Positions 23,609-34,084 of a stretch of DNA of 64,000 bases are shown here, in pieces. The translations under genes and the position numbers were made by a program. The notes beneath the pieces are model-generated. The model saw nothing but the letters and a program-made list of their open reading frames with translations, was not told where the DNA came from and searched no databases. Every line of letters begins with the position of its first letter. Positions within the stretch are counted from its first letter, which is position 1. Origin of the DNA: Elsinoe ampelina (Eukaryota); the NCBI GenBank assembly GCA_010093995.1, contig ML992502.1:1171001-1235000 (forward strand), given 5' to 3'.

Positions 23609-24807
23609 ATGAAGTTCTATACATCTTTTCTGATTGCAATCCTCGCGATTACAGCATACTACGCCAGAGAACAGATACAAACAATTCTGAGACCAGCTCT
23701 GCACGCTATTAATACCAGAGGCACGAACCAGAGCTTCACTACCAGCGTCTCGCCCGAAATGTCCGCACCACAAAACTCATCTTTCGCTGGACTACCAGTC
23801 ATCCCGCCCAATGATCCTTCTCTCACATCTACCGCATCAAAACCACGAACTATCAAGAAAGTCTTCGAGGCCGTAGAACAAGCTGAAGGTGCCGGTGCCA
23901 GAGTCCGCCGCAGCGTGGGAACGCCACACCTTCGCAACCTCACACCTTTTCTGATGTGCGACAACTTCGCTATCGCCCCTGGCGCGGGCTTCCCCGATCA
24001 TCCTCATCGTGGTCAAGAAACCATCACTTATCTCCTCAAAGGTGCCGTCGACCACGAGGATTTTGCCGGGAACAAAGGCACTATCCACACGGGCGATCTG
24101 CAATTCATGACAGCAGGAAAAGGAATTGGTATGAGTGAAGTCCTCTGCTGGTAGCAGGTTCGTCCTGATGAACCCCTTCGCTAACTTTTGCAGTGCATGC
24201 CGAGATGCCTTCCCAGAACCCAGACGGATCAGAGAACGTCGGCATCCAACTCTGGGTCGACCTGCCTGAGCGCCTCAAGAATTGCGAGCCGAGGTACCGC
24301 GATCTCAAAGCCAGCGAGATTCCCACCGCGACCAGCCCAGACGGAAAGGTCACCGTGAAGGTCATCTCCGGACGATCATACGGTGTCGACTCTCTCCAGG
24401 AACTCGCCTACACTCCCGTGTGGTTCCTCGACGTGACTGTCCAACCAGGCGGCACATTCAGCGAAAACATCCCCAGCAAATGGAACAGCTTCATCTACAC
24501 CTTGAACGGGACAGCAACCTTCGGGTCCGGCAGCGAGGCACGGAAGGTCAACCAGTACCACAACATCGTCTGGAACCAAGAAGACGACACGATCGTCGCA
24601 GCCGTGGATGAATCGGCCAAGGAAGCAGCGAGATTCATCCTCGTGGCCGGATTGCCACTCGACCAGAAGATCATCCAATACGGCCCGTTTGTGGTCAGCA
24701 AGCAGGAAGACATTTACAAGGCCATGTTCGACTACCAGAGCTACAGCAATGGCTTCGAAAGGGCAAGGGATTGGGAGAGCGAGATCGGGAAGACGATGGT
24801 GCATTAG
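23609..24807 (+). CDS. Pirin family (bicupin) protein; intron 24129-24193
   Basis: EGAGARVRRS, GFPDHPHRGQETITY, MTAGKGI|VHAEMP, QLWVDLP, YGPFV. Confidence 0.93.
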
Positions 24808-25156
24808 TCCCGAGTGGAGCCACGAGGGGACTGAGTCATGATTGGATTCTGTGTATTATGTAAATCGGATTATTAGCGACCTGAGTATTGAGGCAGAAAT
24901 TAAGCAGATTCAGAGACACGCCTGTCCAGTGCCAAGTGAAACTCGTGCTTGCGCTACACCATTGATCAATAGCAAGGCATTGCTCTGATGTGTGTAACTC
25001 AACAGTGGTGCTGCGTTCAATTAGCTTTCGCCCTTCCATAAACGCCGCAGAAGCGGTAGTGCTCGATGTGGCAAGAGTCAGGGTGGAGGAAGAACACTGT
25101 CATTACGGGCTACAACACTGCTGGTAGGAATCTTGTGGGTCGCGCGTTGCAAACTG

Positions 25157-26821
25157 CTACACTGCCTTTGTTCTCGATCTCGTGAAGAGAGTTTTGCTCT
25201 TCTCAACAAGCTTGCCTATCCGCTTCGACCCGAGTCTCTTCACCCCGGATGATCTATGAGGAGTCTTCTCGACCCTCCCTGTCGATACTCGATTCAATGG
25301 CCGACCAGGAAGTGCTTTTCTTGTCGTAGATATAGTGCGACTTGTGCTTCGCGAGGAAGCTATTCTGGTTGGTGAAGCGACGGCATCGTTCTTTGACGGT
25401 GACGGGCCAACAGCTCTGCGACTCATTGTCGAGGTAGCTGTTGACTTGGCCGAACTCGTACTGACTTTGATCATGGTCGTTGTGAGCATACCTGTGGCGG
25501 TCGATTGAACCGTGGTTGCTTGTGCGGATGTGGCTTTGTTGTCCTTGGGTGGTACTGCGGGTGCGGGAGAGCTAAACCATGTCAGAGACATTTCTTCAAG
25601 GCAATCGGGTATTCTACAAGGTAGGGGAGGGGATGAATGCATGTCCATTTCTGCACCTATGAATAGACCGTACGATGCTCACCTCTCACACTGGGTTACG
25701 AAATGCTCACCCTCGTTTTCGGAGTGTTCGGCCACCAACGGTAGTCGTGCTCGAAGCATGTGTCACGGTCGCTGTCGGCGCTACAGCTGTGCCTTTCTTA
25801 CTGGCAAGACCTCGCTTGCTTCCTGTCAGACTGGAGAGGGCGTTCTTAAGCCCCTGTGTCCTGGACTTCGTGGCTGTTGCCGTGGCGGCTTTCTTTGCCG
25901 TAGCGGAGGTCGTGGTAGCCGTTGCCCTCGCGGCTGGTTTCTTAACGATCGTGGTGCCGTTGCTGTCGTCGCTGCCGGAGGACGGTCTGTTGTGAGCAGT
26001 CAAGCCAGATGACTCAGGGATCGTCCGGCTCGACATTGGTTGAGATGTGTTTGCGGCTGGACGCTTTGTCTGTCGCGATGCAGGTCGGACACTTTTCGAC
26101 GCTGCCGGGCCTAATGCTCTAGAAATGGGCTTGGGCAGGACCGACTCCTTGACTGGCGAAGCAGATTTGATTGGAGAAGTAGGGAAAGTCCGGGAGTTGT
26201 GCGATTTTGGTGAGAGGACCGCTGCAGGACCTGCTTTCCGTGATGCTGTCCGACTCGGCTTTGTCGCCACAGCGCTGATGCCGGCTGTAGTCTTGACACG
26301 CTTCTTGGGGTTTTCCAGGGCTCCCGCGGGGTGTTCATTCTCCTTGTCGTAGTTTGGCATTACGTCACTTGAGATATTTAGCGATAGATTCGCGACCTGG
26401 GCCACAGAGACATACCTTGTCCTTTTGATACCACGAGCATTGCCTGTCGTGGCTGATAGAGCTGGGTACGAGATCTTTTGTGGCGAAGGTGGTGCTGGAA
26501 GAGTCTTTGAAGGTTGTGGTTTGGAGTGCTTGTCGACCAAGTCCTGCATAGTCGTGTATCTGAGAGCCCGCGGAATTCTGTTGACGCGCAATTCTATGCG
26601 TGACTTGAGTCCTTGGGCTTGCAATGCATACTGGGCTCGTAGCTTCCTCGCCCTCTCCGTGACTTGACAAAGTCAGCATAACATACAAGATTTTTAAAAA
26701 AAAATACTACCATACTTTCGAGTTGTAAGTTGTCAATTAGCATCTGCTTTCGAGCCTCTGAGATCGCTATCGTTCCCATGGCTATCCCAACAGCCGGCAT
26801 TTGCTCTGGTGTTGACGCCAT
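25157..26821 (-). CDS. Borealin/Nbl1 N-terminal domain protein; ends at 25707 if the last intron (25572-25710) is retained
   Basis: KQMLIDNLQLE|ITERARKLRAQYALQAQGLKSRIELRVNRIP followed by a basic low-complexity region. Confidence 0.75.
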
Positions 26822-27187
26822 GCCGCGCAGACCTCTGTTGTTGTTCTGCTCGAGTTGCGATTGTAGAATGTCCTGTAGGGATGCGAGAGATACTGGGATC
26901 AAAATCTGGATGTGAGAGACGGGGCTATGCGGTTATATGCTCTAAGCGCTGTTCCTGGTATGCGATGTTTGGAGTTGCAAAGTACAAAGTAAACACGCGC
27001 CGCAAACTGCTGGCTGCGCGTCGCAACATCTCGGTCACCGTTGACCGAAGCAGAGCCGCACAGCTTGAGATCATCGGCCTCAGCTTGGTCCACCACTAAC
27101 CATCTCATCTTCATCATTTGGCGACCATACCACCGAGATAATCACTACCTTTGGGACGAAGCTCATCGCCGACTCGCGGAGCAACCC

Positions 27188-27196
27188 TTTGCCACT
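27188..27196 (-). promoter_or_regulatory. PACE-like (Rpn4) element upstream of RPN10
   Basis: AGTGGCAAA (PACE consensus GGTGGCAAA) about 100 nt upstream of a proteasome gene ATG. Confidence 0.5.
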
Positions 27197-27296
27197 CTTT
27201 CGCCCTCATTGCTCACAACTGCATCAAGGCCCCCCTCCAATCACTCGGACTTCAATAAGTGTACCCCAAGACTGTCAGACAGTCATCACCGCAGGC

Positions 27297-28266
27297 ATGG
27301 GGCTCGAAGCGACGATGATGATGTGAGCCATCTGTCAAAGACTTGTACTCTTTGTGCTGACCTTATTGCAGAGTGGATAATTCCGAGTCATCCAGGAACG
27401 GAGATTACGTCCCTTCAAGATGGGAAGCACAAGCAGACTGCGTCAACCTCATCTTCCAATACAAGAGTCAAGCGAATCCCGAAAGTAGTATAGGACTCAT
27501 GTCGATGGGCGGTAAAGGACCAGAAGTACTCACAACCCTCACCACGAATCCCGGCAAGATCCTTGATGGACTACATCGGACGAAGATCGGAGGCGAAGCG
27601 CATTTACACACAGCCATCATGATCGCACAGCTTGCGCTCAAGCACAGGCAGAACAAGAGTCAAAGAGCGCGTATCATTGTATTCACATGTTCAGCGTTGA
27701 CGGGAGAGAGCGAGAGTCAGAGCAGTCTGGTGAAGCTGGCCAAGAAGATGAAGAAGAACAACGTCAGTGTGGACATCGTGGCCCTGGGAGAGCTGGGAGA
27801 TGAGACGACATCAAAGCTCAAGGCTTTCAACGAGGCGGTCAAGGGTGGCGAGGGCTCGCATTTAGAGATTGTACATCCTGGACCAAATCTTCTGAGTGAT
27901 GTGGTCGTTGGAAGCCCGATCCTGGCAGGCGAAGGCGGTGGAGCGGCTGCCGCAGCCACGAATGGCGAGGGAGCTGGTACCGGAGGAGGCGGCGGAGACT
28001 TTGAGTTCGGCGTCGACCCTAGCATGGATCCCGAGCTTGCACTGGCTTTGCGAATGAGCATGGAAGAGGAGAACAACAGACAGGAGCGCGAGCGGAAGGC
28101 GCAGGAAGAGCGGGAGGGTAAGACACAGCTGGAAAGCGTGCCAGAAGGCAAAGAAGAGTCACAACCGCTGCTTGACCAAGACGGCCAGCCCAGTGCAAGC
28201 GGGAGCGGGAGTGCAGAGAAGAAGGACGACAAGAAGGATGATGGTGATAAGATGGACACTGCATGA
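27297..28266 (+). CDS. RPN10: 26S proteasome regulatory subunit Rpn10; intron 27323-27371
   Basis: MGLEATMMI|VDNSESSRNGDY vWA domain; UIM DPELALALRMSMEEE. Confidence 0.96.
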
Positions 28267-28418
28267 GCGGCATTCTGGTGTCAAAGGTTTATAGACCATC
28301 AACGTGGCATTCAGCGTTGCTACTCAAGTCCAGGGTATAGCTTCCATCAAAACATGTCAAACAACTCCAATGCGTGCAAGATCCGATCCAGAAATAACCA
28401 TCATCATCAAGTTCCCCA

Positions 28419-31164
28419 TCACCGTAACCTGTCAACATTCGCATAAGGTGTTGGCTCAGCCGTCCTCAACCACTCCCCATTGAAGGCATTCACCAGCCAA
28501 TCACTCAATTCTACAAGACATTAGCCTCATCCCAACCCTCGTCTCTGCAAGATACTTACTCCTGTAAACCACCTGATGCGCCCCATGAAAGTAAATACTA
28601 TGATCGCTATCCGGAAAGATCTGCATATCATAATTACTCACGCCCGCCATATCCAACTTGTCAATCAACGCCAACGTATTCTGCGTATGCACATTATCGT
28701 CCGACGCACCATGCACCACCAAGAACCTGACATTCTTCCCAAGCGCCGCCACGTCACTCACCGACGCATTCCTGTACCCCTCCTCGTTATGCTGCGGGGT
28801 CCGCATATACCGCTCCGTGTAGATCGAGTCGTAGAACCGCCAATCCGTCACCGGCGCGACGGCCATGCCGTACTTGAACGTCTGGCCCGCGTCCTGCTCG
28901 AGGGTTTTCAGCGTGAGGTACCCCCCGTACGACCATCCCCAGATGCAGAGGCGTTCGGCGTCGACGTATGGTTTCGCGGCCCACATCTTGGCAGCCGCGA
29001 TCTGGTCGTGCGATTCCCAGTAGCCGATGTTGCCGCGGATGATGGTGCGGGTGGCGCGGCCGCGGAAACCGGTGCCCCGGCCGTCGAGGGTGATGACGAT
29101 GTAGCCGAGGGAGGAGGCGACGTAGGATTGGAAGTTGATGGTGAAGCGGCGGTCGACTTCTTGGAAGCCAGGGCCGTTGTAGAGCATGAAGAGGACGGGA
29201 TATTTGCGTTTGGGGTTGAAGTGAGGGGGACGGCGCTCGACGAGGTTGAGTTCGTAGCCGTCGACGTTGATGGTCTGATATTGCTCGATGGGGAGCTCAG
29301 TGCGGGAGGCGAGGTCCGCGAGTTCGCGGTTGTCCTCGATGTGAATATCGATCTTGTCGGGGCTGGAGGGGGTATTGATGACTTTTTGCCAGGGGATGCT
29401 GGGTCCGTGGTAGGTGAGGAGAACAAAGCCGGCTGCTTTCGAGAATGAAATGCCATAGTAACCAATCTTGGATGTGTCCGTGATGGCTTTGAGATCAGTG
29501 CCATCTAGCTTGACGCTATAGACATGGCGTTGAGTAGAGTGCTCCTTTGTCGACACAAAGTACACTAGATTGTTCTTGAGATCGAGTGCTGAAGGGGCGT
29601 CCACGACTTCCCACTGCCCTGTCGTAAGCATCTTCGGCTTCGGGTTGTCCAATGGGGTGAAGTATGCCAAATGATCATAACCTTCGTGAATTACAGTGTC
29701 GATATATCCGTCGTCCGGTCTACCATTGTTCTCGTCTTTGGGCACGAATGTAGTCGTCTCAGAAACTTCAAACCAGCCTTTGTCGATGGCGTTGACATCT
29801 GTCGTCCTGATGACATGACCCTTCTGCTCACTTGCGTCCATTAATACGACTTTGAGTACGTCACTTTCGCGATTGGTCTCCTTCACCAACAGCTTGCCTG
29901 TGCTGCCGGCCCAGACCACCTCAGTGATCAGACGATCATCATCGGGAAAGTCATCATCCGTCTTGACTTCGAATTGTTGACCTTTCGCAATGTCGTAGAT
30001 CAGAAGCGACACTACCGACATGGGAGCACCGGCCTTCGGATATTTGATCTCTCGAACGTCAGGGTACGCCTCTTCGCCAGGTTTTGGAAAGTCGCCGCTC
30101 GGTCGAGAGAAGAAGTACTGAACCGGGAAGGTAGGCACCTTGGTCTCATTCGTCCGGAGGAATGCAACATACTTGCCATCTCCAGACCACCATGTACCAC
30201 TTGCTCCGTGAAAGACCTCCTCTTCATAAACCCAATCAGGAATCCCGTAGAAGTAATCCGGTCCGCCATCCTTGGTGATTTGTATGGGTGACTTGTCAGT
30301 GAGCTTCCTCAGGAAGAGGTTGTTGTCGCGAGTGAACACCACAGCATCACTCTGTGGCGACCAAGAAGCTAGCTGAATGCGCGCGTTTGGGTGTTTGGGG
30401 TCCAGAGGCTCTGCGACCTGATGCTCGACATTGAATATCCAGTACTTGGCCGTGCTAGAGTGTCGCCAATTCTTTGTTCGATGTGATTGAATCAGGACAT
30501 GCCTGTGATCCTTGCTGGGCCATGCTTCACTCGGTGTGATCATCTCATTGCCATAGGAGAAGGAAGGATCCTTCATAAGCGTCTTCCTCTTCTCCGCGGT
30601 CGCCGAGGCATCGTCCATATACCGAACGTCTTCGATGACCAAATAATCGCGCCCACCTTCACCTCCTCTTTGTAGCAGTAGCCCATCTTCTCCCTCGGCC
30701 CCTTCAGTCCATGAGATGGCATGTTGCCGCGGGTACCATTCTCCTTGCAGAACCTGTTGCAGCGTGACCTTCTTGCCTGATCCCCTTGTCGCAGTCGCGT
30801 CGGGGTCGTGTGGTCTACTTGACATGGGCTTGTGAGAGCCAGTCGAGATGAACAGACCCAACGCAGCTATCCAGCCTACCAAAGCTACAGCGGCCACAAT
30901 CCAGAACCACTTCCTGGCTTTTTTATCAGCAGGTCTGATCGTCTGCCATACTGCCTTTTCGTCCAGATCGGATTCGCTTTCGGGTGTTCTCGAATTGCGT
31001 TGCTCCCTGGCGCGTAATGTTGCAGCATCCGAGACCTTATCGAGAATAAGTGACGTAGTGGAGACCGAGGATGTGGAAACTCGTGGTCCTGGACCTTCCT
31101 CTATCCTAGAATCGTCGCGTGAGGAAGTCAGAGGCTGTGCCTCTTCATCCTTGTACTGACCCAT
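28419..31164 (-). CDS. DAP2: Dipeptidyl aminopeptidase B (S9B, type II membrane protein); intron 28511-28559
   Basis: TM anchor, DWVYEEE, GWSYGG nucleophile, DDNVH, DSDH. Confidence 0.93.
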
Positions 31165-31811
31165 CGCTAATGAGTGTGGACTAGAGGGCCTAGAGGGCAG
31201 TCCTGGTTGATTTCGAGCTGATTTTTAGGTCATGGTGAACCCAGCGACGTCCAGACTTCGGCAGAGGTCTTTCGAAGGGCAAATAGTCAGAGCACTGGTA
31301 GAAGACAATCGCCTTCAAGCAAAATGATGGTAGAAATTACATGTCCCTTTCACGTTGCAGATGGTAGGCCCTGGATGCCAAGACCTTGAAACGGTGCACG
31401 GGTCCTTTGTTCCGTGAATCCTATTCAGGGTCACTTGCGGCTCAAGCCCTGTGGATCCATGCTACCAAACATGCCCCTATCGAGAGGCAATTTCTTCAAA
31501 CGCGATCATAAGCTTCTATCCCAATGTGAGTCTCGTGCAAAGACGTTCGCTCACGAGTCTGCGCGCTGACATTACACAATGTCACAAGATCGACTGTCAA
31601 GTCTGAAAATCGAGAGCAGTGTGCTAAAAGCTCACGAAACCAAGGATGGCAAGTGAAATGGGTATCATCATTCTTCGCCTAGAGCTTCTCTGCCTGTGCC
31701 TTATCCAAAATGGTTTTGCCACGGGCTAGCGTCTGTGATTTGCTTCGTCATATCGTAAATGGCCGGACTGGTGATAATGCTAGCGGCATTCCCCCTCTAC
31801 TTCTGCCGTAA

Positions 31812-32428
31812 CTAGTTCTCAGGAAGAGGTCTGGGATGATTAGCGGGCGTAGGAACGCATATTCCCTGTAGACGTACCCCAGGTAGTCCTCTCTTATGGT
31901 CCCGACTGCGAACATTTGACCGACTTCGCTTCTGATACCCTTGATCTTCACCCTGATCTGTGTACCCTTTTCTATTACCTGATCCTCATTGTCGGTGAAT
32001 TGAGGTGGCGTGGCATTCCCGTCATACTTGATCTCCGGGGGTATCATCTGGACCTGTCAGTATTGCAAAGAGGTCGATTCCACCACCCGGCTTCTTACAG
32101 CTCTTGACACGAAAACATGCAATGGTCCAACATCCGCGAAGAAGCCCGATGGCGCGACCGAGACCACCATCCCGTCGCAGACCTCGCCCTTGAATGGCCT
32201 CCACACAACAGCATTGAAGGCCACGGTGAATTCCGCCAGCGAGCTCCCTGGCAACACTTTCGGTTCTGAGATGTCTGTGATGCTCACAACGCAGAGCACG
32301 AATTCAGTCCCGGTATTTGTTCCTTCAACATCGTGGTAGAGCTGGTTTTCCACATACTCGTGTGTCTTTTGATCAAAATATGAGGGGTGCAAAGTGATTG
32401 TCCGTTCAAGTTCCCGGAGGAAGAACAT
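31812..32428 (-). CDS. RPB7: RNA polymerase II subunit Rpb7 (2 introns)
   Basis: MFFLRELERTITLHPSYF, WRPFKGEV, GTIREDYLG|PL. Confidence 0.94.
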
Positions 32429-32994
32429 GTCGAGGAAGCGGCGAAGATCCACCCGAGCAGGAGATTGATGCTAACAGCTGCGGTCGACCTTCAGCAGCCG
32501 AAAAATGCTTTGGGTCGTCGAGGTCTGCACTCGGCGTGACAGGCGGGGGGCGCTCGAATCGGGCGTCTAGAGTTCGGAATGAGTGTCGCAAGTATCGCAA
32601 CGAGTGACGAATGGGCGATTCGAAACCAGATCAGCGAATGGACTGCCAGGGATCGGAAGCCTCCTGCGCTGTGCAAGAGGTCGACGGGGGAAGGAGAAAG
32701 TCGTGGTAGCTGAAGCTCGAAACTCACACGACCAACAAAAGTTTAGCCTTGGCATTGGCATTGCGATCTTGACCAGCCGAAGGCATCCTGAACTTTCCAT
32801 TACTTTCCCACCTTGTCTTACCACCCTCCCCCCGTCTGATCTACCTCTCACGTCTTCCGCGAGGATTCAACCATCCTTGTGAGATCTTTGGTCGAGCTCG
32901 TAGACCACCTTGAGACCTCGTCAGCTTCGCCGCAGAGGTCCGACAAAAAGTCCGAGAGCTTTTGAGGCTAGCAAGCCGAGCCATACTAATTACA

Positions 32995-33741
32995 ATGGCT
33001 TTGAACCTCGAGAAGCAGCTGCAATTCGTATGTCATGGTCGGCGCAATACTATTATATTTAGATGGCTGATATCTCACAGTATGGCTCGTACCATCATAA
33101 TCCTGTTCGTCGCCTAGTCAGAGCACTGGCGTCTAAGGAGTGCATTACCTTACGTATGACAGATTAATGTGGCCATTCACATCACCTGCGTTCCCATGAT
33201 ACTCATGACCGCCTTCCTTTTCGTACGCAAGCCCTTGACCATACTTCTACCACACCCGCTGACTCTTTAGGGGACCAATACACCTTCGATACCGATTCCA
33301 GAATGGCTATCGGTGCCAAATCTGCCACCCAATCTCGGCACGATAGCATGTGTGATATATGCATCACTTTATCTGCTGATGGAGCCGGTTGCAGGCGCCA
33401 TGCTTGCACCTCTACTCATTGGTGGCACAGCTGCTGCGAACTATCTCACAACCAATTATGGAGCTACTGCCAACAACTGGGCCATCGCCCTTCACGTCTT
33501 CAGTTGGATCGCCCAATTCGTCGGCCATGGCGTCTTCGAAGGTAGAGCCCCAGCCCTGCTGGACAACTTGGTGCAAGCGTTCTTCCTTGCGCCCTTCTTT
33601 GTATGGCTGGAGATTCTATTCTCGCTGGGATACAGACCAGAACTCAAGTCAAGGCTGGATACGGCTGTGGCGAAGAAGGTCAAGGAGTTTAGAGAGTCGA
33701 AGGCAAATGGCAGTGCTCAGAAGAATGGTGCTCCGAAATGA
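32995..33741 (+). CDS. DUF962 / Mpo1-like ER membrane protein; introns 33028-33080, 33104-33162, 33223-33270
   Basis: MALNLEKQLQF|YGSYHHNP|INVAIHITCVP, WIAQFVGHGVFEGRAPALLDNL. Confidence 0.88.
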
Positions 33742-34084
33742 GCATATCTTGATCGGTCAAGGAGGAGAGGAATATGTACAATTTGTGTGCAGTGACGCAC
33801 ATCTTCCAGTCACCTAACTATTCTGTCCATTAGCAAGCATATTGAATTTATTTCTTGAGTTGTCTTTGCATGATGCTGGTGAATGTGCCCAAGCCGCCCC
33901 AAGTTGATCGGCTCATTTCGGGAAGATGGGTCTTACATAATTTTCTTGGCAAGCTAGTGCCAGAGCTTTCTCTTGCTGTCTCAATCGCTGGAAAAGCGCT
34001 CAAGTGTCAATAGACTCTCTCTCCACTCAACAATCTACATACATACGGGCCGCGAAATCCTCTCGGACTTTCGAAAAGCCCATC

